The notes under the pieces: generated by a model
Seen by the model: only the letters and a program-made list of their open reading frames with translations
What the model was told of the DNA's origin: nothing
Database searches by the model: none
Origin: Escherichia phage JEP4
Sequence record: MT740315.1
Length of the DNA stretch: 39,195 nt
Reading direction: 5' to 3' (one strand)
Program-made: the position numbers and the translations under genes
Shown: positions 28,014 to 37,237 of the stretch, one piece after another
Position numbering within the stretch: the first letter of the stretch is position 1
Layout of the letters: each line of letters begins with the position of its first letter

Positions 28014-28664
28014 TTATGGAAGGTTTGCTAGTTTTGCATCGACAACTACGCCGATGATTTTGCAGTTTCCGTTGATCTCGATCATCGGATATTGTGGGTT
28101 AAGTGGTTTTAGAAACTTCCTGCCTGCATCAATAACTAACTTCTTGAAAGTTGCCTCGTTTTCTCCTTCTAGCTTTGCAACTACCAGTTTCCCGTTACGC
28201 GGCTCTACTTCAGGATCGACGAGTATTATCATTCCTTCAGGGATACTGAGACCGGCCGGAGCCGTCATTGAGTCTCCCTTCACGTCCAACCAAAACGAAT
28301 CTTCTGAACAGTCTACGGTTGTATCGTACCAGTTATCTATTGCACGCTTATGATATGGTTCTACAGCTTCCATCCAGCATCCTGCGCTCACCCAGCTAAT
28401 CAGAGGGTATGACCCTCTTGGATCATGCCTACTGTGATAGGCAATGTTTGAAAGACTTTCCTCTCCTTTCATCAGATAGTCAGGGGAACACTTCAACGCA
28501 TTAGCCAGGGCGAGAAGATTCTCTCCATTTGGCTCTGTCTCAGAGCGTTCCCACTGAGATATGGCAACATTAGACACGCCGACCATCTTTCCAAGTGCGG
28601 CCTGCCTGATCTTGAGTTCTTTTCTCCGAGCGCGAATGCGCTCTCCCATCAATTGAGTTTTCAT
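28014..28664 (-). CDS. c2: Prophage repressor, P22 C2-type (HTH plus S24 peptidase)
   Basis: MKTQLMGERIRARRKELKIRQAALGKMVGVSNVAISQWERSETEPNGENLLAL matches P22 c2 as recalled; intact catalytic GDSM and FKK; Ala-Gly in linker. Confidence 0.95.
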   Translation of the reverse strand: MKTQLMGERIRARRKELKIRQAALGKMVGVSNVAISQWERSETEPNGENLLALANALKCSPDYLMKGEESLSNIAYHSRHDPRGSYPLISWVSAGCWMEAVEPYHKRAIDNWYDTTVDCSEDSFWLDVKGDSMTAPAGLSIPEGMIILVDPEVEPRNGKLVVAKLEGENEATFKKLVIDAGRKFLKPLNPQYPMIEINGNCKIIGVVVDAKLANLP

Positions 28665-28686
28665 AGTTAAGACATCTTAAATAAAC

Positions 28687-28714
28687 TTGACTTAAGATTC
28701 CTTTAGTGGATAAT
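28687..28714 (+). promoter_or_regulatory. PR promoter with OR operators
   Basis: TTGACT, 16 nt, GATAAT; flanked by operator-like repeats ATTTAAGTGTTCTTTAATT and AGTTAAGACATCTTAAAT. Confidence 0.55.
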
Positions 28715-28744
28715 TTAAGTGTTCTTTAATTTCGGAGCGAGTCT

Positions 28745-28930
28745 ATGTACAAGAAAGATGTTATCGACCACTTCGGAACCCAGCGTGCTGTAGCTAAAGC
28801 GTTAGGCATTAGCGACGCAGCAGTCTCTCAGTGGAAGGAAGTCATCCCAGAGAAAGACGCCTATCGACTGGAAGTCGTTACAGCTGGCGCCCTGAAGTAT
28901 CAAGAAAGCGCTTACCGCAAAGCGGCATAA
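28745..28930 (+). CDS. cro: Cro, P22-type
   Basis: 61 aa MYKKDVIDHFGTQRAVAKALGISDAAVSQWKEVIPEKDAYRLE matches P22 Cro as recalled. Confidence 0.9.
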   Translation: MYKKDVIDHFGTQRAVAKALGISDAAVSQWKEVIPEKDAYRLEVVTAGALKYQESAYRKAA

Positions 28931-28937
28931 GCAAATT

Positions 28938-28980
28938 GCTCTTTAACAGTCATGGTCCTCATTCCCGCCGAAATGCGGGA
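28938..28980 (+). promoter_or_regulatory. nutR (boxA-like TGCTCTTTAACA plus boxB hairpin)
   Basis: GCTCTTTAAC followed by TTCCCGC-CGAAAT-GCGGGAA; same boxB as nutL. Confidence 0.55.
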
Positions 28981-29038
28981 ATACAACGCGCATAAGTTGA
29001 TGCGCATAACTTCTTATTTGTTAAGGAAATACTTACAT

Positions 29039-29335
29039 ATGGTTCGTGCAAACAAACGCAACGAGGCTCTAAGAATCGAGAGTGCGTTGCTTAACAAAAT
29101 CGCAATGCTTGGAACTGAGAAGACAGCGGAAGCTGTGGGAGTTGATAAGTCGCAGATCAGCAGGTGGAAGAGGGACTGGATTCCAAAGTTCTCAATGCTG
29201 CTTGCTGTTCTTGAATGGGGTGTCGTTGACGACGACATGGCTCGATTGGCACGACAAGTTGCTTCGATTCTCACCAATAAAAAACGCCCGGTGTGCAAGA
29301 CCGAGCGTTCTGATCAAATACAAATGGAATTTTAA
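29039..29335 (+). CDS. c1: C1 (lambda CII-like) lysogeny activator
   Basis: MVRANKRNEALRIESALLNKIAMLGTEKTAEAVGVDKSQISRWKRDWIPKFSMLLAVLEWGVV matches P22 c1 as recalled; ORF-track start 28952 would place nutR inside the gene. Confidence 0.8.
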   Translation: MVRANKRNEALRIESALLNKIAMLGTEKTAEAVGVDKSQISRWKRDWIPKFSMLLAVLEWGVVDDDMARLARQVASILTNKKRPVCKTERSDQIQMEF

Positions 29336-29357
29336 CAACATCCAACGAGGTAATTAT

Positions 29358-29630
29358 ATGCGAAACAAAGGCTTTAATCCACCTGATACACACAAAGAAG
29401 CTAAGCGTTTGCGCTTCCTTCGTTCCATTGATGAAAGAACTCAAATCTCTTTTGTGAAAGTTGCCAGAACTGAGCTTCTGAAGGCTGAGGCGAGGGCGTT
29501 GCTCCCGTCTCTACCAAAAGAGGAGGGATATACGTTCATTCCAAACGCATTTCTGGAAAAGCTTCTCAAAGAAGACATATCCGTAAGTCAGTTTAACGAT
29601 GTTCTTAAGGTCTTTCGTCAAGGCAGGTAG
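29358..29630 (+). CDS. Hypothetical protein (90 aa) between c1 and replication initiator
   Basis: ATG 29358 with GAGG SD; MRNKGFNPPDTHKEAKRLRFLRSIDERTQISF. Confidence 0.5.
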   Translation: MRNKGFNPPDTHKEAKRLRFLRSIDERTQISFVKVARTELLKAEARALLPSLPKEEGYTFIPNAFLEKLLKEDISVSQFNDVLKVFRQGR

Positions 29631-29632
29631 TT

Positions 29633-30580
29633 ATGAGCAATACAGCAAAAATCTACGATTTCAGCGCCGCACACGAGCGCAGGAGCAACAGGATGGAGAA
29701 CCAGAAAACTGGTTACATTCCGTTGTACCGGAGCATTCTGAAACAGTCATGGGCGAAAGATGTTTATCTTCGCACCCTGTGGGAAAACCTTCTCCTGAAT
29801 GCCGCCAGAAAGCCATACAAAGCGAATTTCAAAGGTCATGAATGGCATCTGCAACCCGGTCAACTGGTTGTGACAGCAGCTGATTTAGGTCTTCAGTTAT
29901 GCGACAGGCATGGCAAGCCAGCAAGCCGCGATCAGGTTGAGCGGATGCTTCAGGTTTTTGTGAAAGAGGGGATGATCTCCATTGATGGAGAGAAGCAAAA
30001 AGGTCGTGTGATCACCATCACAAATTACCATGAATATGCTCAAAAAATGGACAATTCACCCGCACATGAATCCGCACAAACAACCGCACATGATGCCGCA
30101 CATGATGAAGCCAGTAATGGCGCGGCTTTCAGCGTACATGCCACACATGAAAGCGCACATGAAGCCGCACAAACAACCGCACATCATGAACAAGAAGGTA
30201 TTAACAAGAATATAAATAATACCCCCCTACCCCCCAATGGGGGAGGCGATGGGCAGGTTAAACCTGAACGTCGAAAGGCAGAACGCATCGACTACGAATC
30301 CTTCCTGAACGCCTACAACACCGAAGTCGGTGACAGACTTCCACATGCTGTTGCGGTCAACGAGAAACGCAAACGCCGCCTGAAGAAAATCATCCCGCAA
30401 CTGAAAACGCCAAACGTGGACGGTTTCAGAGCGTATGTCAGGGCGTTTGTGCATCAGGCCAAGCCGTTTTACTTCGGAGACAACGACACGGGCTGGACGG
30501 CAGATTTTGATTACCTGCTGAGGGAAGACTCGTTAACGGGAGTTCGGGAAGGGAAGTTTGCAGACAGGGGGATTGCATGA
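29633..30580 (+). CDS. Replication initiator, lambda O-like (P22 gene 18 position)
   Basis: 315 aa; gene contains the iteron array and AT-rich tract; repetitive AH-rich linker; followed by helicase. Confidence 0.8.
   Translation: MSNTAKIYDFSAAHERRSNRMENQKTGYIPLYRSILKQSWAKDVYLRTLWENLLLNAARKPYKANFKGHEWHLQPGQLVVTAADLGLQLCDRHGKPASRDQVERMLQVFVKEGMISIDGEKQKGRVITITNYHEYAQKMDNSPAHESAQTTAHDAAHDEASNGAAFSVHATHESAHEAAQTTAHHEQEGINKNINNTPLPPNGGGDGQVKPERRKAERIDYESFLNAYNTEVGDRLPHAVAVNEKRKRRLKKIIPQLKTPNVDGFRAYVRAFVHQAKPFYFGDNDTGWTADFDYLLREDSLTGVREGKFADRGIA
30058..30225. repeat. Origin of replication: iteron array (CCGCACATGATG-type repeats) plus AT-rich tract inside the initiator gene
   Basis: Tandem CCGCACATGATG x2; 24-mer CCGCACAAACAACCGCACAT(G/C)ATG present twice about 94 bp apart; followed by AACAAGAAGGTATTAACAAGAATATAAATAATA. 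Confidence 0.65.
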
Positions 30581-31953
30581 GACAGGATATCGAAGCGAGC
30601 GTTATCGGTGGCCTGCTGATTGGTGGATTAACACCAACCGCCAGCGACGTTCTGGCAACGCTGGAGCCGGAAGCGTTTTCAATTCCGCTCTACCGGAAAG
30701 CCTTCGAGGTTATCCGCAAGCAGGCGCGAAACAGAAACCTAATCGACGCGCTGATGGTTGCCGAGGCGTGCGGAGAGGAGCATTTCACGTCAATCCTGAT
30801 GACCAGCAAGAACTGCCCGAGTGCCGCAAACCTGAAGGGATATGCCGGAATGGTCGCGGATAACTATCACCGTCGTCTGGTGCTGGAAATCATGGATGAA
30901 ATGCGTGAACCAATTCAGAGCGGAACTATCGACGCATCGAGTCAGGCGATGGATGAACTTGTAAAGCGTCTTTCAGCCATCAGAAAGCCCCGTGACGAGG
31001 TAAAACCTGTACGGTTAGGGGAAATCATTACTGACTACACTGACACGCTTGACAGGCGTCTGAGGAACGGAGAAGAGTCAGATACCCTGAAGACCGGAAT
31101 CGAAGAACTTGACGCCATCACCGGAGGGATGAACGCAGAAGACCTGGTGATAATCGCTGCTCGTCCTGGTATGGGGAAAACCGAACTGGCTCTGAAGATT
31201 GCCGAAGGCGTTGCAAGCCGCGTTATTCCTGGTTCTGACGTCCGGCGCGGGGTATTGATTTTCTCGATGGAAATGAGCGCATTGCAGATTGCAGAGCGAA
31301 GCATTGCCAACGCCGGGAGGATGTCGGTTAGCGTACTGCGAAATCCTGCATCGATGGATGACGAGGGCTGGGCACGTGTTGCTAACGGCATGAGTCAGCT
31401 TGCAGATTTGGATGTATGGGTAGTCGATGCTTCGCGGTTATCGGTCGAAGAAATACGCTCAATCGCAGAACGGCATAAGCAGGAAAATCCAAACCTGTCA
31501 CTCATCATGGTGGATTATCTTGGCCTGATTGAGAAGCCGAAAGCAGATCGCAACGACCTCGCAATTGCTCACATCTCCGGAAGCCTGAAGGCGATGGCGA
31601 AAGACCTGAAAACACCGGTTATCTCCCTGAGTCAGCTTTCGCGCGATGTTGAGAAGCGACCAAACAAACGCCCGACAAACGCAGATTTGCGTGATTCAGG
31701 AAGCATTGAACAGGACGCAGACTCAATCATCATGCTCTATCGGGAAGCGGTATATGACGAGAACAGTAGCGCCGCGCCATTTGCTGAAATCATCGTGACG
31801 AAAAACCGTTTTGGCTCACTTGGTACGGTTTACCAGCGGTTCTGCAACGGACACTTTGTTGCATGTGACCAGGATGAAGCCAGACAGATTTGCACAGCAT
31901 CAAATGCACCTGCTGCGCGTGGCAGACGATATGCACAAGGGGCGGACGTATGA
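30577..31953 (+). CDS. Replicative DNA helicase, DnaB-like (P22 gene 12 position)
   Basis: 458 aa; Walker [13 protein letters not shown], Walker B-like IMVDYLGL, typical DnaB C-terminal domain motifs. Confidence 0.9.
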   Translation: MRQDIEASVIGGLLIGGLTPTASDVLATLEPEAFSIPLYRKAFEVIRKQARNRNLIDALMVAEACGEEHFTSILMTSKNCPSAANLKGYAGMVADNYHRRLVLEIMDEMREPIQSGTIDASSQAMDELVKRLSAIRKPRDEVKPVRLGEIITDYTDTLDRRLRNGEESDTLKTGIEELDAITGGMNAEDLVIIAARPGMGKTELALKIAEGVASRVIPGSDVRRGVLIFSMEMSALQIAERSIANAGRMSVSVLRNPASMDDEGWARVANGMSQLADLDVWVVDASRLSVEEIRSIAERHKQENPNLSLIMVDYLGLIEKPKADRNDLAIAHISGSLKAMAKDLKTPVISLSQLSRDVEKRPNKRPTNADLRDSGSIEQDADSIIMLYREAVYDENSSAAPFAEIIVTKNRFGSLGTVYQRFCNGHFVACDQDEARQICTASNAPAARGRRYAQGADV

Positions 31954-31978
31954 CCATCTACATCACTGAGCTAATAAC

Positions 31979-32010
31979 AGGCCTGCTGGTAATCGCAGGC
32001 CTTTTTATTT
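31979..32010 (+). terminator. Rho-independent terminator between helicase and nin region (tR2-like)
   Basis: AGGCCTGC-tggtaatc-GCAGGCCT followed by TTTTTATTT. Confidence 0.65.
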
Positions 32011-32026
32011 GGGGGAGAGGGAAGTC

Positions 32027-32467
32027 ATGAAAAAACTAACCTTTGAAATTCGATCTCCAGCACATCAGCAAAACGCTATTCACGCAGTACAGCAAATCCT
32101 TCCAGACCCAACCAAACCAATCGTAGTAACCATTCAGGAACGCAACCGCAGCTTAGACCAAAACCGAAAGCTTTGGGCTTGCTTAGGTGACGTCTCTCGT
32201 CAGGTTGAATGGCATGGTCGCTGGCTGGATGCAGAAAGCTGGAAGTGTGTGTTTACCGCAGCATTAAAGCAGCAGGATGTTGTTCCTAACCTTGCCGGGA
32301 ATGGCTTTGTGGTAATAGGCCAGTCAACCAGCAGGATGCGTGTAAGCGAATTTGCGGAGCTATTAGAGCTTATACAGGCATTCGGTACAGAGCGTGGCGT
32401 TAAGTGGTCAGACGAAGCGCGACTGGCTCTCGAATGGAAAGCGCGATGGGGAGACAGGGCGGCATGA
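32027..32467 (+). CDS. ninB: NinB (Orf recombination mediator)
   Basis: [55 protein letters not shown] matches lambda NinB as recalled; GGAGAGGGAAG SD. Confidence 0.9.
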   Translation: MKKLTFEIRSPAHQQNAIHAVQQILPDPTKPIVVTIQERNRSLDQNRKLWACLGDVSRQVEWHGRWLDAESWKCVFTAALKQQDVVPNLAGNGFVVIGQSTSRMRVSEFAELLELIQAFGTERGVKWSDEARLALEWKARWGDRAA

Positions 32468-32640
32468 GACGACAGCGACGAAGTATCACCGACATCATCT
32501 GCGAAAACTGCAAATACCTTCCAACGAAACGCTCCAGAAATAAACGCAAGCCAATCCCAAAAGAATCTGACGTAAAAACCTTCAACTACACGGCTCACCT
32601 GTGGGATATCCGGTGGCTAAGACATCGTGCGAGGAAATGA
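32464..32640 (+). CDS. ninD: NinD
   Basis: [58 protein letters not shown], lambda NinD-like; overlaps ninB stop. Confidence 0.8.
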   Translation: MRRQRRSITDIICENCKYLPTKRSRNKRKPIPKESDVKTFNYTAHLWDIRWLRHRARK

Positions 32641-33026
32641 CAATGGATTATTCACAGTTAAGTGATTTTGAAATTAACGTGGCGGTATTCGAAGCCATTC
32701 ATAACGGATCACCGGATTACAAAGAAGGTGAGAATGGCGATATGGTGTTTGTCTCATTTGAGGGAGACATTGTAAACGGAGACGCAGTTGAAGTAGAAGT
32801 TGAGCGCGGTTCCTTTAACCCATGCGCAAACCCAGCAGACGCATGGCCGATTATCACTGAAAACAACATCAGCATAATTTTAGACAATCCCTCAATGCCG
32901 TGCGCTACAGACAACGCAAGGGACTTGTTTGATGATGCCGGACCGAATGTTGGTGTCGCATATGACAATCCACTCCGTGCCGCCATGATTGTCTTTCTCA
33001 TGATGCAGGACGCCAATAATGCTTAG
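32637..33026 (+). CDS. Hypothetical nin-region protein (about 129 aa)
   Basis: ORF in the ninE slot but about twice the length of lambda NinE; ATGA overlap with ninD. Confidence 0.55.
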   Translation: MTMDYSQLSDFEINVAVFEAIHNGSPDYKEGENGDMVFVSFEGDIVNGDAVEVEVERGSFNPCANPADAWPIITENNISIILDNPSMPCATDNARDLFDDAGPNVGVAYDNPLRAAMIVFLMMQDANNA

Positions 33027-33195
33027 CCCATCCCAATCCCTTCAATACCAGAAAGAAAGCGTCGAGCGGGCTTTAACGTGCGCTAACTGCGGTCAGAAGC
33101 TGCATGTGCTGGAAGTTCACGTGTGTGAGCACTGCTGTGCAGAACTGATGAGCGATCCGAATAGCTCAATGTACGAGGAAGAAGACGATGAATGA
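33019..33195 (+). CDS. ninF: NinF (58 aa; below ORF-track cutoff)
   Basis: Read directly: [58 protein letters not shown], matching lambda NinF as recalled. Confidence 0.8.
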   Translation: MLSPSQSLQYQKESVERALTCANCGQKLHVLEVHVCEHCCAELMSDPNSSMYEEEDDE

Positions 33196-33913
33196 GTTAA
33201 TAAATGGCAACGCCATCAAAATGACAAGCATTGAAATCGCTGAGTTGGTAGAAAGCCGCCATAGCAATGTAAAAGTATCCATAGATAGATTGGTGAAACG
33301 TGGCGTTATCAAGCCTCCTGCATTGCAGCACACTAACATAATCAATGATTTAGGTGTTATTACCGGGAAGCGTTATTTCTACGTCTTCGAAGGCGAACAA
33401 GGTAAGCGCGACAGCATTATTGTCGTCGCTCAGTTGTCGCCGGAATTCACCGCTCGTCTTGTTGACCGTTGGCGAGAGCTTGAAGAAGCTGCGGTTAATA
33501 TCCCCAAAACGCTACCAGAAGCGTTGCGCCTTGCTGCTGATCTTGCTGAGCAGAAAATGCAACTGGAAAACCAGCTCGCAATTGCCGCACCTAAAGTTGA
33601 GTTTGCCGATCGCGTTGGCGAGGCCAGCGGAATTTTGATTGGAAACTTTGCAAAGGTTGTTGGAATTGGTCCAAACAAACTGTTTGCGTGGATGCGCGAT
33701 CACAAAATCCTTATTGCTTCAGGTTCCCGGCGCAATGTGCCAATGCAGGAATATATGGATCGCGGCTATTTCACAGTGAAAGAAACAGCGGTCAACACAA
33801 ATCACGGAATACAGATATCGTTCACCACAAAAATCACCGGGCGTGGTCAACAGTGGCTGACCAGAAAGCTGCTCGATAACGGAATGCTGAAAGTAACAGG
33901 GGAGGCTGCTTAA
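33188..33913 (+). CDS. Rha/ANT-type antirepressor-like regulatory protein (Roi-like) in nin region
   Basis: N-terminal Rha-like segment MTSIEIAELVESRHSNVKVSIDRLVKRG; C-terminal ANT-like segment; domain names from recalled family patterns. Confidence 0.7.
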   Translation: MNELINGNAIKMTSIEIAELVESRHSNVKVSIDRLVKRGVIKPPALQHTNIINDLGVITGKRYFYVFEGEQGKRDSIIVVAQLSPEFTARLVDRWRELEEAAVNIPKTLPEALRLAADLAEQKMQLENQLAIAAPKVEFADRVGEASGILIGNFAKVVGIGPNKLFAWMRDHKILIASGSRRNVPMQEYMDRGYFTVKETAVNTNHGIQISFTTKITGRGQQWLTRKLLDNGMLKVTGEAA

Positions 33914-34203
33914 TGGCTAACCTACGCAAAGAAGCGCGCGGCAGAGAATGCCAGGTTCGTATTTACGGCATATGCAATGGTAATCCTGAAACTACAGTTC
34001 TGGCACATTACCGGATGGCTGGAATTTGCGGAACGGGAATGAAGCCTGACGACCTGATCGGTGCATGGGCTTGTAGCGCGTGTCACGATGAAATCGACCG
34101 ACGCACCCATAACCTCGACAACAAAGACGCCAGACTTTACCACCTCGAAGGCGTGATCAGGACGCAGGCGATACTGCTGAAGGAGGGGAAGATTAAGTCA
34201 TGA
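33913..34203 (+). CDS. Cys-rich DUF1364/YbcO-like protein
   Basis: 96 aa with CQVRIYGIC...CGTG...CSACH cysteine pattern; common neighbour of rusA in lambdoid nin regions. Confidence 0.55.
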   Translation: MANLRKEARGRECQVRIYGICNGNPETTVLAHYRMAGICGTGMKPDDLIGAWACSACHDEIDRRTHNLDNKDARLYHLEGVIRTQAILLKEGKIKS

Positions 34204-34595
34204 AAACCTACCGAATAAAATTGCCGTGGCCTCCTTCAAACAACCGATATTGGCGACACTCAAGAGGGATCCACTACATCAGCGACTGGGGGAAGAGATA
34301 CCAAGAAGAAGTAATCGAATTAATCCAGCAACAACAGCTAGACATCAAAATCACACCTCGCATCAGAATAACCATCCACGCAGCACCTCCCGATAACCGC
34401 AAACGAGATTTGGACAATCTGCCAAAAGCCGTTTTTGACGCACTCACCAGTGCGGGCTTCTGGCTGGATGACGGTCAGATAGACGATATGCGCGTCATTC
34501 GCTATCAGGCGATTAAAGGCGGAATGCTTTTGTTGGTTGTGACTGAAACATGCGGCAGTTTGCCAATGATTACAGAGCTACTGGAGGCCGCATGA
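34200..34595 (+). CDS. rusA: RusA Holliday-junction resolvase
   Basis: MKTYRIKLPWPPSNNRYWRH...RKRDLDNLPKAVFDALTSAGFWLDDGQIDDMRV matches RusA motifs (PWPPS(N)NRY, DLDN, FWLDD). Confidence 0.85.
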   Translation: MKTYRIKLPWPPSNNRYWRHSRGIHYISDWGKRYQEEVIELIQQQQLDIKITPRIRITIHAAPPDNRKRDLDNLPKAVFDALTSAGFWLDDGQIDDMRVIRYQAIKGGMLLLVVTETCGSLPMITELLEAA

Positions 34596-34798
34596 CGTTC
34601 TCAGTAAAAAACATTCCAGACATGCTCGTTGAAGCATACGGAAACCAGACAGAAGTAGCACGCAGACTGAAATGTAGTCGCGGCACGGTCAGAAAATACG
34701 TTGATGATAAAGACGGGAAAATGCACGCCATCGTCAACGACGTTCTCATGGTTCATCGCGGATGGAGTGAAAGAGATGCGCTATTACGAAAGAATTGA
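34592..34798 (+). CDS. ninH: NinH
   Basis: [68 protein letters not shown], lambda NinH-like. Confidence 0.8.
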   Translation: MTFSVKNIPDMLVEAYGNQTEVARRLKCSRGTVRKYVDDKDGKMHAIVNDVLMVHRGWSERDALLRKN

Positions 34799-35447
34799 TG
34801 GCAGCAAATACCGGAATATTTGGGTAGTTGGCGATCTGCACGGATGCTACACGAACCTGATGAAAAAACTGGAGACGATAGGATTCGACATCAAAAAAGA
34901 CCTGCTTATCTCGGTTGGCGATTTGGTCGATCGCGGTACAGAGAACGTCGAATGCCTGGAATTAATCACATTCCCCTGGTTCAGAGCTGTACGTGGAAAC
35001 CATGAGCACATGATGATTGATGGCTTATCAGAGCGTGGAAACGTCAATCACTGGCTGCTTAATGGCGGTGTCTGGTTCTTTAATCTCGATTACGACAAAG
35101 AAATTCTGGCTAAAGCTCTTGCCCATAAAGCAGAAGAACTTCCGTTAATCATCGAACTGGTGAGCAAAGGTAAAAAATATGTCATCTGCCACGCCGATTA
35201 TCCTTGTGACGAATACGAATTTGGAAAGCCAGTTGATCATCAGCAGGTAATCTGGAACCGCGAACGAATCAGCAACTCACAAGACGGGATCGTGAAAGAA
35301 ATTAAAGGCGCGGACACGTTTATCTTTGGTCATACGCCAGCAGTGAAACCACTTAAATTTGCCAACCAAATGTATATCGATACCGGCGCAGTGTTCTGCG
35401 GAAACCTCACATTGATTCAGGTACAGGGAGAAGGCGCGTGGGCATAA
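34776..35447 (+). CDS. Ser/Thr protein phosphatase (lambda NinI/PPase-type)
   Basis: Metallophosphatase motifs GDLHGC, GDLVDRG, GNHE; matches lambda phosphatase as recalled. Confidence 0.9.
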   Translation: MRYYERIDGSKYRNIWVVGDLHGCYTNLMKKLETIGFDIKKDLLISVGDLVDRGTENVECLELITFPWFRAVRGNHEHMMIDGLSERGNVNHWLLNGGVWFFNLDYDKEILAKALAHKAEELPLIIELVSKGKKYVICHADYPCDEYEFGKPVDHQQVIWNRERISNSQDGIVKEIKGADTFIFGHTPAVKPLKFANQMYIDTGAVFCGNLTLIQVQGEGAWA

Positions 35448-35926
35448 GAGAACTAAACCTCACCAAAGAACAGCATGAGTGGCTGAATGGCTGGCTTGAA
35501 CTGTGGGGCGCATGGGTTTATTCAGGTCGTCTGGAAAAGCGCATGAGCAGCGTAATAGCGAAGTTCATGGAGAGCGTAGAGCCGGGAAGAGTTATGACAA
35601 GGCCAATGTGCAATGATGATGATGGAATGTTGATTTCTCAGGTCGTCGATTCCGTCATGTGCATTGACAAGAAAGCCTTTGGCATCCTCCTCAGCTACTA
35701 CGCCCACGGTTCTTCCAAGCACGCCATTGCATCTTACTATCATCGCGTCGCAAGACCTCGCAAGATGTTATGCCGGGGCGGCGGGCGCATTCAAAAACCA
35801 TCGCTCGCAACCTGTCGTCGGGAAGTTGACGAAATCCTCAATGCCTCGTTGTTTATGATTTACCCGGTTCTGGATAGTGCGTTTAAAAACCGGAAACGTG
35901 TAGAGAAAATTAAACATGTAGCGTAG
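35438..35926 (+). CDS. Late-gene antiterminator Q (non-lambda, phage-82/QuuD-like family)
   Basis: GTG start with GGGAGAAGG SD; WLELWGAWV and [10 protein letters not shown] resemble recalled QuuD (WGAW, RPQCCDDDAM); sits directly upstream of late promoter region and lysis genes. Confidence 0.65.
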   Translation: MGIRELNLTKEQHEWLNGWLELWGAWVYSGRLEKRMSSVIAKFMESVEPGRVMTRPMCNDDDGMLISQVVDSVMCIDKKAFGILLSYYAHGSSKHAIASYYHRVARPRKMLCRGGGRIQKPSLATCRREVDEILNASLFMIYPVLDSAFKNRKRVEKIKHVA

Positions 35927-36060
35927 AACGTGTTGACATCATTGAGCAAATGAGCAACACTATTCGCATAAGCTGCCGTTAGTGACTCTTAAGTTGCAAC
36001 GGTGGCTTTTTTTGTTTGCACAACAGGTAAGAGCATTGAACCCGCAGACCTCGCGGAATT
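35927..36060 (+). promoter_or_regulatory. Late promoter (PR-prime-like) and Q-utilisation region; exact -10/-35 not resolved
   Basis: TTGACA at 35933 directly after Q; weak hairpin with T7 run (TGGCTTTTTTTG) near 36000; position by analogy with lambdoid late control. Confidence 0.3.
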
Positions 36061-36298
36061 GGTGAAAGGTGCCGCGCAGTGCTCTTATCGTTGTGGTGAA
36101 TGCACAGGCTGATGTGTAAGGGCAAGAATCTTTCGCTGGATTCGGTATGGCCACGTAGCCAGCTGTAGGCAGTTGCAGCAAACCGGAGATCAGCACCGGT
36201 CGCCACAATCCAAACTGAGCCGTAGCCACTGGATGTCCTGAATTCATCAGTGATAGTTATGCTGCGGCCTTCTACACATGATCTTCGTGAAAGCGGGC

Positions 36299-36335
36299 GG
36301 CATGAGGTTGCGCTAACAACCTCATGCCGTTTTGC
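36299..36335 (+). terminator. Strong rho-independent terminator in Q-S intergenic region (tR-prime-like)
   Basis: 12-bp perfect stem GGCATGAGGTTG / CAACCTCATGCC with 6-nt loop, followed by GTTTTG. Confidence 0.6.
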
Positions 36336-36453
36336 CCGTGCATATCGGTCACGAACAAATCTGATTACTAAACACAGTAGCCTGGATTTGTTCTATCAGT
36401 AATCGACCTTATTCCTAATTAAATAGAGCAAATCCCCTTATTGTGGGTAAGAC

Positions 36454-36777
36454 ATGAAGATGACAGAAAAACATGACCTGTTAGCCGCCATTCTCGCGGC
36501 AAAGGAACAAGGCATCGGGGCAATCCTTGCGTTTGCAATGGCGTACCTTCGCGGCAGATATAATGGCGGTGCGTTTACAAAAACAGTAATCGACGCAACG
36601 ATGTGCGCCATTATCGCCTGGTTCATTCGTGACCTTCTCGACTTCGCCGGACTAAGTAGCAATCTCGCTTATATAACGAGCGTGTTCATCGGCTACATCG
36701 GTACTGACTCGATTGGTTCGCTTATCAAACGCTTCGCTGCTAAAAAAGCCGGAGTAGAAGATGGTGGAAATCAATAA
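36454..36777 (+). CDS. S: Holin, lambda S-type (dual start Met1/Met3)
   Basis: [67 protein letters not shown] matches lambda S as recalled. Confidence 0.95.
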   Translation: MKMTEKHDLLAAILAAKEQGIGAILAFAMAYLRGRYNGGAFTKTVIDATMCAIIAWFIRDLLDFAGLSSNLAYITSVFIGYIGTDSIGSLIKRFAAKKAGVEDGGNQ

Positions 36778-37237
36778 TCAACGTAAGGCGTTCCTCGATA
36801 TGCTGGCGTGGTCAGAGGGAACTGATAACGGACATCAGAAAACCAGAAATCATGGTTATGACGTCATTGTTGGCGGAGAGCTATTTACTGATTACTCCGA
36901 TCACCCTCGCAAGCTTGTCACGCTAAACCTCAAACTCAAATCAACAGCAGCCGGTCGCTACCAGCTTCTTTCACGCTGGTGGGATGCCTACCGCAAGCAA
37001 CTTGGCCTGAAAGATTTTTCTCCAGAAAGCCAGGATGCTGTAGCGCTGCAGCAGATTAAAGAGCGTGGCGCTTTACCGATGATTGACCGCGGTGATATTC
37101 GTCAGGCAATTGACCGTTGCAGCAATATCTGGGCTTCACTGCCGGGCGCTGGTTATGGTCAGTTCGAGCATAAGGCTGACAGCCTGATTGCAAAATTCAA
37201 AGAAGCAGGCGGAACGGTCAGAGAGATTGAGGTATGA
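36761..37237 (+). CDS. R: Endolysin, lambda R-type lytic transglycosylase
   Basis: [24 protein letters not shown]...; matches lambda R as recalled. Confidence 0.95.
   Translation: MVEINNQRKAFLDMLAWSEGTDNGHQKTRNHGYDVIVGGELFTDYSDHPRKLVTLNLKLKSTAAGRYQLLSRWWDAYRKQLGLKDFSPESQDAVALQQIKERGALPMIDRGDIRQAIDRCSNIWASLPGAGYGQFEHKADSLIAKFKEAGGTVREIEV

Noticed and set aside
28952-29038. N-terminal extension of the c1 ORF given by the ORF track
   Set aside because: The extension contains the nutR boxB hairpin and lacks an RBS; the start at 29039 fits the recalled c1 protein.
30058-30200. Short direct repeats that might suggest a CRISPR array
   Set aside because: Repeats are about 12 bp, irregular, inside a coding sequence and followed by an AT-rich tract: origin iterons, with no spacers or cas genes nearby.
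30030-30215. 61-aa plus-strand ORF rich in His/Pro/Met/Lys repeats
   Set aside because: Alternative frame across the ori iterons inside the initiator gene; repeats are DNA-level iterons, not a separate gene.
35960-36247. 95-aa and 75-aa minus-strand ORFs in the Q-S spacer
   Set aside because: Lie in the late promoter/terminator region, antisense to late transcription, with no RBS; probably non-coding.
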